From an uncultured Gemmatimonadales bacterium (lineage in GTDB: Bacteria; Gemmatimonadota; Gemmatimonadetes; Gemmatimonadales; GWC2-71-9), in NCBI GenBank assembly GCA_963798915.1, contig CAWCVB010000002.1:256001-320000 (forward strand): 64,000 bases of DNA, read 5' to 3'. The position numbers and the translations under genes are program-made. The notes below the pieces were generated by a model that made no database searches, was not told where the DNA came from, and saw only the letters and a list, made by a program, of their open reading frames with translations. Shown here piece by piece: positions 38,283 through 47,876 of the stretch. Position 1 is the stretch's first letter. Each line of letters opens with the position of its first letter.

Positions 38283-39647
38283 TCAGCCATCGTCGCTGAT
38301 TCCATCGCTGCGCTCGGAGCTGTCGAGGTCCACCGCCACGACGGAACAGATCGGATCGGGCGCAGCACCAGGAATGGTGAGACGAATGCCTGCCGTCGTG
38401 GATTCGCTGGTGATGGACCGGCCCGGATCGGCCAGGAGCCGGGCGGCGCGCATGCTGCGGACTCCGGGCAGCATGACCGGCGCGGTGGGCCAATCGGCCA
38501 GGAGCAGGTAGCGCCGGTTTCCCTTCGTGGTGGACCGAAACGATGTCCCGGCAAACGCTGAAGCGGTGGTCCCGTAGATCGCCTCACCGTTCACCCGCAT
38601 CCAGCGCCCGATTCCCTTCAGTGCCTCGACGCTCTCCTCCGGGAGGGTACCGTCCGGCTTGGGGCCGACGTTGAGCAGCAGGTTGCCGCCCTTCGACGCC
38701 GTCTCGGTGAGGAGGCCGATCAACTGCGGCACGGTCTTGAAGTGATGATCTTCCCGGTTGAATCCCCAGTTGTTGTTCATGGTGATGCAGGATTCCCAGT
38801 CCACGCCGGGCAGGCCGGTGACGGGCACCTGCTGCTCGGGGGTGCCGAAGTCGCCCAGGTGATCCGTGATCGGCGCGGCCGACCATCCCTCCACCCGGTT
38901 GTTGACGATGACCGAAGATTGGACCGACCGGCAGCGATCGTAGAGTGCCTTGCCCATCTCGTGCGTCCAGGTGCCTTCCCAGTTTCCGTCGAACCACATG
39001 ACTCCGATGTCGCCATAATTATTGAGCAGCTCGCCCACCTGCCGGTGCAGGTAATCCACGTAGCGGCTGAAGCGGGCACCGTCCACCGGCCTGGTCTCCG
39101 CCTCCCAGTCCCGCCGCGGAAGGTAGTCGGCGTGATGCCAGTCCATGATCGAGTGATACCAGCAGGGAACGATGCCCTCTGCACGGCAGGCGCGGGCGAT
39201 CTCCCGCATGATGTCGCGCTTGAACGGCGTAGAGCGGATGCAGAAGTCCGTCTGGCGGGAATCGAAGAGGCAGAAGCCGTCGTGGTGCTTGGTGGTGATG
39301 GTGACGTAGCGGGCGCCGGCATCCCTGGCAGCGGCGATCCAGCGTTCGGCGTCGAACTTCACCGGGTTGAAGCGGCCGACCAGTTTGTCGTACTCGGCGA
39401 GAGGAATATGGGCATTGTTGCGGATCCACTCCGCGTAGTCGGTCCGCCCGCCCCACGCGCCCTGGAGAATCGAGTAAAGTCCCCAGTGGATGAACATGCC
39501 GAACCGGGCATCCCGCCACCAGTCGAGGCGGGAGTCGGGCGGCACGGTGCGGAGGATTCCGGGCCATCGCCGAGGCTCGCCAAGAGCAATGACGCCCGCC
39601 GCCGAGGCGCCGAGCCGAAGGAAGTCGCGCCGGGGGAGGGCGGTCAT
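38283..39647 (-). CDS. Alpha-L-fucosidase (GH29), Tat-exported
   Basis: MTALPRRDFLRLG Tat leader; WWRDARFGMFIHWGLYS, TKHHDGFCLF, WFDG nucleophile motif, SKGGNLLLNVGP. Confidence 0.93.
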   Translation of the reverse strand: MTALPRRDFLRLGASAAGVIALGEPRRWPGILRTVPPDSRLDWWRDARFGMFIHWGLYSILQGAWGGRTDYAEWIRNNAHIPLAEYDKLVGRFNPVKFDAERWIAAARDAGARYVTITTKHHDGFCLFDSRQTDFCIRSTPFKRDIMREIARACRAEGIVPCWYHSIMDWHHADYLPRRDWEAETRPVDGARFSRYVDYLHRQVGELLNNYGDIGVMWFDGNWEGTWTHEMGKALYDRCRSVQSSVIVNNRVEGWSAAPITDHLGDFGTPEQQVPVTGLPGVDWESCITMNNNWGFNREDHHFKTVPQLIGLLTETASKGGNLLLNVGPKPDGTLPEESVEALKGIGRWMRVNGEAIYGTTASAFAGTSFRSTTKGNRRYLLLADWPTAPVMLPGVRSMRAARLLADPGRSITSESTTAGIRLTIPGAAPDPICSVVAVDLDSSERSDGISDDG

Positions 39648-39697
39648 GCCATCATCTTCTGAACGTCGTGGGCCGCTGACGAGATGCGTGACATGAG

Positions 39698-42361
39698 CTA
39701 ACGAGCGCCGGCGCCGTTCAGCCGCGCGTTCAGCTCGGTCAACCAACCGTATGCCACCAGCAGTTCGGGGCGCTGCGCGCTGCGGATCATGAGAAACCGG
39801 GTGCCATCGGCCGACACGTCATAGTTGGCGTGGGGTGCCTGCGCGAACATGTAATCATCGGCGAACAAGTCGGTGCGACCTGTCACCGCGAACGCAGGCG
39901 TCGTCGAGACAGACGCGGCGACGAGATGGCGCCCATCACGATAGAAAATCCTTCGGCCATCGGGCGCCCACACTGGCTCGGACCCGCCGCCCACCGAGAC
40001 CTGGACTCGGCCGCCCGGCCCGGGGAAGGGCTGTACCACCACTTCGGATTTTCCCGAGGCATCGGTCGCATAGGCGACCCACTTCCCGTCGGGTGAGACC
40101 CGAGGCTGCGCCTCGACGAAGTCGCTCGCCGCTATTGGGCGTTGGGTGGTATCGCCGGTCATCGCCCGCGCCATCACGTCAGCCTGCGTTGAACCGGCGT
40201 CATCCTGCTGATACACCAGCGACGTCCCATCGTGCGAGACCACCGCCTCATAGTAGTCATGCGCGTCGCTGGCCAGGAGCGGCGCTGGCGGCATGCTGAG
40301 GTCGGCCGGCTGCCACCAGATGGCAGTGCGGCTTCCGCGGTCGGCACGGTAGAGGATCCGGGTCCCGTCGGGCGTCCACTCGGGCCGATCATTCAGCGAG
40401 CCCGAATTGGTGAGGCGTGAGGGAGTGCCGGAGCCGATATCATAGATCCAGATATCGGACCGTCCTCCCGTGCCGACCGCCATGGCGAATCGCTTTCCGT
40501 CGGGCGAGAGACGCGGATAGGCGTACGGCTGCGGATCGTCCAGCACCGGTTGGAAGCGGCCTTGCAGGTCCACCCACCCGATCGTTCCCGCGCTGTTGGA
40601 CGGCTGATAGACCAGCGTGCCGGTGGGCGACAGCGCGGCCTCGCTGGAACCGGCGACGGTGGTGGCGACCGTGGGGCCGAGCACGACCGGGTTGCCCACG
40701 GTGCGTCCGCGAGCGAGGTCGATCCGAGCCGCCATCAGTGCGCCGGTCGGGGCGACGTACACCAGCGTCCCGTTGATGAGGGCCAGTGGATCCAGGGCGC
40801 TGAGCGCGAACCGGGTGATCTTGCCGGTCTCGAGCGACACCGCAGCCAGGTGCGTCCGCGCCAGTCCGCCGGTCAACGTGATGGAGAACAAGGCCTGCTT
40901 CCCGCCCGGCAGCACCCGGGGCTGCTGGAAGTAGAGCTCGCCCGCCGCCGCGTCCGGCTTGGCGATGACCCGCGGTTCTCCGCCGCTCGCCGGCAGGCCG
41001 AGCAGGCCGCCAGCACTGCCGACCAGGATGGTCCCGTCGGCACTCCAGGCCAGTCCCACCTGTCCCACGCCGGTCGGACCGACGACGACGGGCGTGCCGC
41101 CGGTCACCTGCACCTTCCAGATCACGTTGCCAACCAGGAACGCGATCCATTTTCCTTCGGGTCCGAAGACCGGTTGCTGGGCACCGTCGGTGCCGGCGAG
41201 GAACGTCGCCTGCGCCTCGTCCAGCCGGCGGACGTAGAGGCGAGCGGTACCGTTGTCGCCCGCCAGTGCGTAGGCGATGGTTCTGCCGTCGGGAGACAAG
41301 GCGACGTTGGTGCCTTGCGCCGCGTTGGTGACCAGCATGGTGGACCGCAGCTCGATCGGGAACCGGACCACCGCGGGCGTGCGCTCCCGGTGGGCGGCCC
41401 GCCATTCGATCACGGCAAGGACCGCCGCAGCCAGCAGTGCGAGGCCGAGGGTGAGGACCAGCGGGTTCCGCGAGCCGCGCGCGCTGCTGCGGGCACTGAG
41501 GTACGTCGCGCTTGTTGCGGTCCCTCCGCGTCCCTGCAGGGCTTCACTGAACTCGGCGGCGGTGGCAAACCGGTCGGCGGGGAGCTTTTCGAGCGCCGTG
41601 AGGACCGCGGCCTCCACATGCGGCGGCACCGTGCGCCGCTGCGGGCTGATCGGCCGTGGCGCCTCGGTGACGACCCGGGCCACGATGGCCTGGGCCGTGC
41701 TGCCGGTGAAGGGCGGGTCGCCGGTAAGCATTTCGTAGGTGATGCAGCCGAGGGCATAGACATCGCTGGCAGGGCCGATCTCCCGCTCGCCCATGGCCTG
41801 TTCGGGGCTCATGTAGGTGGGCGTGCCGAGACTCATGCCGGTTTCGGTCATCCGGGTGCTGCCGCCGGCGCTGCTCACGGCCAGCGCGATGCCGAAATCG
41901 GCGACCAGGGCCGCACCGTCGTGGAGCAGTACGTTCTCCGGCTTGATGTCGCGGTGGATCACCCCGTGGCGGTGGGCGTAGCCGAGCGCGCCGGCGACCT
42001 CGGTGGCAATCCGCACCGCGTCGGCCACCGGCAGCTGCTTCTCCCGCAGCAACCGGTCGCGCAGCGATTCCCCCTCCACGAACGGCATGACGTAATAGGC
42101 GGTGCCGTTCACCTCGCCCGAGTCGATCAGTCCCAGGATGTGGGGATGCTGCAGATTGGCGATGGTCTTGATCTCGCGCACGAAGCGATCGGCGCCGATG
42201 ACGGCGGCGAGTTCCGGCCGCAGGACCTTGATGGCCACCGGGCGCTCGTGCCGGAGATCCTCGGCCAGGTACACCGTGGCCATGCCGCCGGCGCCCAGCT
42301 CCCGCTCGATGCGGTAGCGGTCGGCCAGGGCGGCGGCGAGGCGGGCAGCGGCTTCCATCAT
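39698..42361 (-). CDS. K9: Ser/Thr kinase - TM - TolB/PD40-like beta-propeller
   Basis: 887-aa ORF with intact kinase motifs, a TM helix and SPDG repeats. Confidence 0.95.
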   Translation of the reverse strand: MMEAAARLAAALADRYRIERELGAGGMATVYLAEDLRHERPVAIKVLRPELAAVIGADRFVREIKTIANLQHPHILGLIDSGEVNGTAYYVMPFVEGESLRDRLLREKQLPVADAVRIATEVAGALGYAHRHGVIHRDIKPENVLLHDGAALVADFGIALAVSSAGGSTRMTETGMSLGTPTYMSPEQAMGEREIGPASDVYALGCITYEMLTGDPPFTGSTAQAIVARVVTEAPRPISPQRRTVPPHVEAAVLTALEKLPADRFATAAEFSEALQGRGGTATSATYLSARSSARGSRNPLVLTLGLALLAAAVLAVIEWRAAHRERTPAVVRFPIELRSTMLVTNAAQGTNVALSPDGRTIAYALAGDNGTARLYVRRLDEAQATFLAGTDGAQQPVFGPEGKWIAFLVGNVIWKVQVTGGTPVVVGPTGVGQVGLAWSADGTILVGSAGGLLGLPASGGEPRVIAKPDAAAGELYFQQPRVLPGGKQALFSITLTGGLARTHLAAVSLETGKITRFALSALDPLALINGTLVYVAPTGALMAARIDLARGRTVGNPVVLGPTVATTVAGSSEAALSPTGTLVYQPSNSAGTIGWVDLQGRFQPVLDDPQPYAYPRLSPDGKRFAMAVGTGGRSDIWIYDIGSGTPSRLTNSGSLNDRPEWTPDGTRILYRADRGSRTAIWWQPADLSMPPAPLLASDAHDYYEAVVSHDGTSLVYQQDDAGSTQADVMARAMTGDTTQRPIAASDFVEAQPRVSPDGKWVAYATDASGKSEVVVQPFPGPGGRVQVSVGGGSEPVWAPDGRRIFYRDGRHLVAASVSTTPAFAVTGRTDLFADDYMFAQAPHANYDVSADGTRFLMIRSAQRPELLVAYGWLTELNARLNGAGAR

Positions 42362-45237
42362 CGCGGCACTCCTTGATCTCCCAGCGCAGCTAACTCCGCC
42401 CGCACGCTGTCCCTCTGGGGAATGCGCGACGGTTCCGGGTTGACCCGGAGATGAAGGTAGTTTCGATAGGCACGGATGGCTCCTGCCTGGTCTCCGTTTT
42501 GTGCCGCGAGCCGTCCCTCAAGCCGGAACGATTCGGCGAGACCGGCAGCCTCGGGTTGTCCCTGGATGGACCAGCGGCGGCGCACTGCCCGGAGCGCGCG
42601 ATCCGTCCGACCCTCGATCTCGTAAAGCCGGGCTAACTCGATCGAACCCCAATTCATATTTTGCTGGAAACCCCGCCACAAGGAGTCGGCCAGGTCCACC
42701 AGATGTGGGGCCGTCGGCCTGTTATCCTGAACCGCCAGCCATGCGTCACTCAGGACAACGATACGCGACCAGTCGCCTTGCAGCGTATCCATGCCGGCCG
42801 CCGTGCGAGCACCGGCCGTGGCCCGGGCGCCCGCCGTCAGGTCTCCCCGTGAAAGCCTCCACACGTCCCCCATGTCAGTGGCCAACGCCATGCTGTCCGG
42901 CGGTTCGCCACCGAACCAAATGGCGCCGGTAACGATGGCGGTCGGGCCCATATCGGGAGTCAAGCTTCGCAGTGTATCCATCCACCGTGCCGCCTCCAAT
43001 GGCCGGCCTTCATTCCATAACGTCTCCGCCATGGTCAGGGCGACCTGCACCCGCTGATCCGTCGTGGTGGCCCGCCGATGGATGGCGGCGAGCAGCGCCG
43101 ACTGGTGGGCGATCGTGACGCTGTCCAACGGATCATCTTGAAGGATTATCGCAGGCACGTTGGCGGGCAGCGAATCCAGCGCGGCCAGAAACAGCCGGAT
43201 ACCCGCAGTGTCGCCGGTGGCCGCCAACCAGTCCCAGCGCGCCCGGTTGGCCAACTCTCCTGTTGAATCGAGCGCGAGTTGCCGCGTGGTCCAGAGACGC
43301 TGGGCCGTGGTATCAGACGAGACAAAGGCAAGGCGGGCCAGGTGATCGACCGGGCCACCGAAGAGCGAGTCCTCTTGAAAGGCCCGCTCGAAGGCCTGGC
43401 GCGATCGCATCTGTGGATTCTGCACATCCGAAAGCTGACCCCAGTGATACAGCGCATCACCCAGGTAGTACCAGGCCTCGGCGCTCTCGGGCATAAGCTC
43501 GGTCGCCCGTTCTCGGTCGGCGATCTGTTCGGTCCAGGGGGTCGCGCGTGGATAGCGGGAACCGAGACGAATGGAAAGGAAGAGCTGATCATACTGGTTC
43601 AATCGGTCGCGGTACTGCCATGCCAGGCGCCGGACGCGGTCCATATCGCCCGTCGCGCGGTGCCACCCATCCGCCTCGATGAGAGCAGAGAGGGCGAGCG
43701 CAAATGTCGAATCGAGACGCGCCGCGCGTTCCAGGAGCGGGGTCGCGTCCTCAAAAGCACCGCGACGATAGGCCGCTCGCCCGTCGAGATAAGCTCGGAG
43801 CGCGTCGAGACTGGTGGTCGTGAGAGCACTGAGTTGCGTGGAGCTGGCACCGGCATCGAGCGCCAGAAGTCGGGCAGTGAAACGATCGACCAAGATGAAG
43901 AGGCTATCCTTCGGGCCTTCGACGCTGGTCTCAGCCACCGTGCGACCACCCGGCATTTCAACCAGAGTTCCGCTGAGCACGAGGTGTTCCGGTGGACCCA
44001 CAATGCTGCCTTCAAGGACTCTGCCTGCGCCGACTTTTCGAGCCACTCCGGCCATTGCCGCTGCGGAAAGGTCGTCGGATTCAGTTCCGCCGGCGTCGCG
44101 GACAGCGGCCAACACTGACCGGGCGTCCGCCGCGCGAACGCCGCCCTCACCGGTCAGCTTGGTCTGCAGCAAGTCGAGCATCCCCTGCCGCAGGTACTGG
44201 ACACTCTGATCGGCACCGGCCACCCGAAAGGGCATGACCGCAATGACATTGGGGTCCAGAAGATGCCCGGCGGAGCGAGACCACGGCCTCCACAGGATGA
44301 GCACGAACCCCGCCAGTACCACGAGCATCAGGAAGACAAGGGGGCGACCCTTCTTGCCCGGCGCCGGCGCTGGAATCGAAGCGCCAGCACGCATACCAGC
44401 ACCGGTAGACGGGTCAAGGGCTCGGGCAAACTCCGCCATGGACGCGAATCGATCGGCGGGAACTTTGCTCAGGGCTTTGGCCACGGCAGCGTCGACTTCA
44501 TCGGATACCGAGTCCCGCACCACCCGGAGCCGGGTCGGCCGTTCGGTCATCAGTTTGGCGATGATCGCGCGCGCATTGGGTCCGGTGACCGGCGGCTCGC
44601 CCGCCAGCATCTCGTACAGTACGGCGCCGAGACTGTAGACATCGCTCCGCGCGTCGAGGTCCCGGTCGCCGGTCGCCTGCTCGGGGCTCATGTACTGCGG
44701 CGTGCCGAGAGAGAGGCCGGTCTCGGTGAGTCGGTTGCCTCCCGCCTCCTGAACCGCCAGGGCGATGCCGAAATCCGCCAGCATCGCCTCGCCTTCGTGG
44801 AGCAGGATATTCCCCGGCTTGATGTCACGGTGGATGACGCCGTGGCGGTGGGCATAGTCGAGCGCACCGGCCACCTCGGTCGCGATCCGCACCGCGTCAG
44901 CCACCGGAAGCTGGGCCTCCCGGTTGAGCCGGTCGCGGAGCGATTCGCCCTCCACGTAGGGCATCACATAGTAAAGGAAGGAATCGGCTTCCCCCGAGTC
45001 GTGGAGCGGGAGGATGTGGGGATGCTGGAGGTTGGCGGTAGTCCGGATCTCGCCCAGGAAGCGTTCGGCTCCGATAACGGCGGCCAGCTCTGGGCGCAGC
45101 ACCTTCACGGCGACCTTGCGATGATGCTTGAGATCCTCGGCGAGATAGACCGTGGCCATGCCGCCCGCGCCGAGCTCCCGGTCGATGCGGTAGCGGTCAG
45201 CCAAGGCCGCGGCGAGACGAGAAGACGCTTCCGTCAT
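42358..45237 (-). CDS. K10: Ser/Thr kinase - TM - TolB-N-like - TPR-like helical domain
   Basis: 959 aa; HRDIKPGN, DFG; TM LVFLMLVVLAGFVLILW; VIAVMPFRV; TTTSLDALRAYLDG...LDSTFALA. Confidence 0.93.
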   Translation of the reverse strand: MTEASSRLAAALADRYRIDRELGAGGMATVYLAEDLKHHRKVAVKVLRPELAAVIGAERFLGEIRTTANLQHPHILPLHDSGEADSFLYYVMPYVEGESLRDRLNREAQLPVADAVRIATEVAGALDYAHRHGVIHRDIKPGNILLHEGEAMLADFGIALAVQEAGGNRLTETGLSLGTPQYMSPEQATGDRDLDARSDVYSLGAVLYEMLAGEPPVTGPNARAIIAKLMTERPTRLRVVRDSVSDEVDAAVAKALSKVPADRFASMAEFARALDPSTGAGMRAGASIPAPAPGKKGRPLVFLMLVVLAGFVLILWRPWSRSAGHLLDPNVIAVMPFRVAGADQSVQYLRQGMLDLLQTKLTGEGGVRAADARSVLAAVRDAGGTESDDLSAAAMAGVARKVGAGRVLEGSIVGPPEHLVLSGTLVEMPGGRTVAETSVEGPKDSLFILVDRFTARLLALDAGASSTQLSALTTTSLDALRAYLDGRAAYRRGAFEDATPLLERAARLDSTFALALSALIEADGWHRATGDMDRVRRLAWQYRDRLNQYDQLFLSIRLGSRYPRATPWTEQIADRERATELMPESAEAWYYLGDALYHWGQLSDVQNPQMRSRQAFERAFQEDSLFGGPVDHLARLAFVSSDTTAQRLWTTRQLALDSTGELANRARWDWLAATGDTAGIRLFLAALDSLPANVPAIILQDDPLDSVTIAHQSALLAAIHRRATTTDQRVQVALTMAETLWNEGRPLEAARWMDTLRSLTPDMGPTAIVTGAIWFGGEPPDSMALATDMGDVWRLSRGDLTAGARATAGARTAAGMDTLQGDWSRIVVLSDAWLAVQDNRPTAPHLVDLADSLWRGFQQNMNWGSIELARLYEIEGRTDRALRAVRRRWSIQGQPEAAGLAESFRLEGRLAAQNGDQAGAIRAYRNYLHLRVNPEPSRIPQRDSVRAELAALGDQGVPR

Positions 45238-45521
45238 GCCCCCCGCCCTTCACGCGGCTGAACGCCGCGGCTCGGCAAGATGTCGCGGTGCGACAGTCGC
45301 GTCGCCGGTATCTCGGCGTGGCGAAGCCACGCTCTGCCGAGCAGCGAATTGATTCGCGGGGCCGTCCGAGTGCCAAGACCACCTTCGCCAACCAATCGCG
45401 GAGCGATCGTCTGCCCCTTCGCGGCGCTCAGGACAGGCTCAGGCGTGACGACAGTCGCGGCCCGCTCGATGCGGTAGCGGTCGGCCAAGGCGGCCGTGAG
45501 GCGATCAACACTCATGGTCAT
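45234..45521 (-). pseudogene. Kinase-start remnant followed by REP-like palindromes (95-aa ORF)
   Basis: MTMSVDRLTAALADRYRIER, then non-kinase sequence made of hairpins (cccttcgcggcgctcaggacaggctc; gcgtggcgaagccacgc; cgcggctgaacgccgcggctcggca); TGA overlaps the K10 ATG. Confidence 0.85.
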
Positions 45522-45524
45522 GCC

Positions 45525-47876
45525 TCATAGAAAATTGAGCCGCTTCATCAGCTCCACGAAACGCGGTTCCGACCGCAGGGGATCGAAGATGTGGTCCATC
45601 TTGAGCCACACCAGGGACTGCGAATCGGCGGCGTAGGCCTGCTCGAGATAATCGAGGACGCGGGGGTGGTCGCCCAGGCCAAGGTAGACCAGGGCGAGGT
45701 CGAACGGGTTTCCCTCCCCGCTTGGCGACATCCGCTTGAGCCGGTCGATGCTCGCCATCGCGCGGGCGCGGTCACCGGACTTGCCATATGCGTACGCCAG
45801 GTACGCAGTGGCGAATGACGGCGCCCCAAGGGACTGGGAGCGCTCAAGCTTGGGGATCGCCGCCCGGTAGTTGCCGGTCTGCAGTGCCAGCTGCCCTTCC
45901 TCCAGCGGCGGGAAGAAGAAGGTTGGATCGAGCTCGGCGGCTCGCCGGGAGAGTTCCAACACCGGGGCTGCTTTTCGATCGAACATGAACGGCATCATGT
46001 TGTCGATCAGGATCGACGGGGAGAGCGGATCGAGTTTCGCCGCCACTGCTCCCTCGACCTTCGCCTCCTCCAGTCTTCCCACAATCGAGAGCACCAGGCC
46101 GAACTGGTCGTGGGCAAAAGCGTAATTGGGATTGAGAGCGATCGCGCGCCGGAACTCGCGCTCGCTTCCGGTCCAGTCATGCTCGTACCAGGCCTTGAAC
46201 ACGGCCAGCGACGTGTGCGCCTCGGCCGACGTGCTATCGAGCGCCACGGCACGCTCCGCAGCGTCCCGCGCGGGGCGCCCCGCGTCGGTCGCGCTGATGA
46301 ATCCCTCGTTGAATCCGGCCCAGGTGTACGCATCGGACAGTCCCGACCAGGCAGGGGCGAAGTCCGGGCTGAGCTTCACCGCCTCGTTGAACTGGGCAAT
46401 GGCCTTCTGCAGGTTCTCATCAGTGGGGCGATTGAAGAAGAAGCGGCCCTTGAGGTACGCATCGTGGGCCTCGGGATTGACGGTTGGCGCCGCGGCGAGG
46501 CGGGACTGCTCGCCCGGCGTCAGCCGAACGTTGATGGCGCTGGCGATGGCCGAGGCCAGCTCCGCCTGAAGTGTCAGCACGTCACTCGACCGGCGCTCGA
46601 ACGTCTGCGCCCAGAGATGCTTGTCAATCCGGGCGTCGATCAGCTGGGCGTTGATCCGGACCCGATCGCCGGAGCGGGTCACGGATCCCTCCACGATCGC
46701 ATCTACACCGAGCGCCTTGGCAATCTCCGGAGTGGAGAGGCGGCCGCGTCCCTTGAACTGCATTGCCGACCCGCGCGAGGTGACCCGCAGCTGGCTGATC
46801 GTCGCCAGGTCGCTGGTCAGCTCATCGGTCATTCCCTCGGCGAAATACTCCTGGGTGGAGTCGGCAGAATAGTTGTCGAGCGGCAGGACGGCGATCGAGC
46901 GAATGGCGCCGCCGGGTTCCGCTGGGGCCACACCACCACGCTGGCGGTAGAGGACCACGCCGACGATGAGGACGAGAAGGAGGCCGATGGCCAGCCCGGC
47001 TCCCCGCCACCCTCCTGGCCACGCCAGCCAGGCGCGGCGCGGCGTCAGGGCCGGAGGGCTCGAGAGCGCCCCGGCAAAATCGCGCGCGCTGGCAAAGCGG
47101 TCGATCGGCGCCTTGGCGAGCGCGCGCATCACCGCCGCGTCAATCGCTGCCGGAACGGTCTGTCGCAGCACTCGCAGTGACGTCGGGCGCTCGGTCATCA
47201 GCTTCGCCACCACCGCCTGGACCGACCCCCCGGTCACGGGCGGCTCACCCGCGAGCATCTCGTATGTCACCGCCCCGAGGGAATAGATGTCGCTGCGGGC
47301 ATCGAGGTGGCGATCGCCCGCGGCCTGTTCCGGGCTCATGTAGCTCGGCGTGCCCAGGGACAAACCGGTCCCGGTGAGGCGGTCGCCTCCGGCCTCGCTG
47401 ATGGCCAGCGCAATGCCGAAGTCGGTGAGAATCGCCTCGCCCTCATGGAGCAGGATGTTTTCTGGCTTGATGTCGCGATGGATCACGCCCTGGCGGTGGG
47501 CGTAGTCGAGCGCCGCGGCAACCTGCCGCGCGATGGCGAGCGCTTCGTCGATTCCGAGCTGGCCTTCCCGCGTGAGCTTGCTGCGCAGCGATTCGCCGCG
47601 CACGAAGGGCATGACGTAGAACAGGGTGCCGTCCACGGCGCCGGACTCGATCAGCGTCAGGATGTGAGGGTGGTCGAGCCGAGCGGTGATCTTCACTTCA
47701 GCAAGGAAGCGCTCGGCGCCCAGCGCCACGGCCAGCTCGGGCCGCAGGACCTTGATTGCCACCTGACGGCCGTGCTTGAGATCCTGGGCGAGATACACCG
47801 TGGCCATGCCGCCGGCGCCGAGTTCGCGCTCAATCACATATCGGTCGGCCAGGGCCGCGGCGAGCTGATCGCTCAC
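45525..47876 (-). CDS. K11: Ser/Thr kinase - TM - TolB-N-like - TPR
   Basis: GTG start (MSDQLAAALADRY) overlaps the K12 stop; SIAVLPLDNYS...EYFAEGMTDEL; TPRs; DPLRSEPRF C-terminus. Confidence 0.94.
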   Translation of the reverse strand: MSDQLAAALADRYVIERELGAGGMATVYLAQDLKHGRQVAIKVLRPELAVALGAERFLAEVKITARLDHPHILTLIESGAVDGTLFYVMPFVRGESLRSKLTREGQLGIDEALAIARQVAAALDYAHRQGVIHRDIKPENILLHEGEAILTDFGIALAISEAGGDRLTGTGLSLGTPSYMSPEQAAGDRHLDARSDIYSLGAVTYEMLAGEPPVTGGSVQAVVAKLMTERPTSLRVLRQTVPAAIDAAVMRALAKAPIDRFASARDFAGALSSPPALTPRRAWLAWPGGWRGAGLAIGLLLVLIVGVVLYRQRGGVAPAEPGGAIRSIAVLPLDNYSADSTQEYFAEGMTDELTSDLATISQLRVTSRGSAMQFKGRGRLSTPEIAKALGVDAIVEGSVTRSGDRVRINAQLIDARIDKHLWAQTFERRSSDVLTLQAELASAIASAINVRLTPGEQSRLAAAPTVNPEAHDAYLKGRFFFNRPTDENLQKAIAQFNEAVKLSPDFAPAWSGLSDAYTWAGFNEGFISATDAGRPARDAAERAVALDSTSAEAHTSLAVFKAWYEHDWTGSEREFRRAIALNPNYAFAHDQFGLVLSIVGRLEEAKVEGAVAAKLDPLSPSILIDNMMPFMFDRKAAPVLELSRRAAELDPTFFFPPLEEGQLALQTGNYRAAIPKLERSQSLGAPSFATAYLAYAYGKSGDRARAMASIDRLKRMSPSGEGNPFDLALVYLGLGDHPRVLDYLEQAYAADSQSLVWLKMDHIFDPLRSEPRFVELMKRLNFL

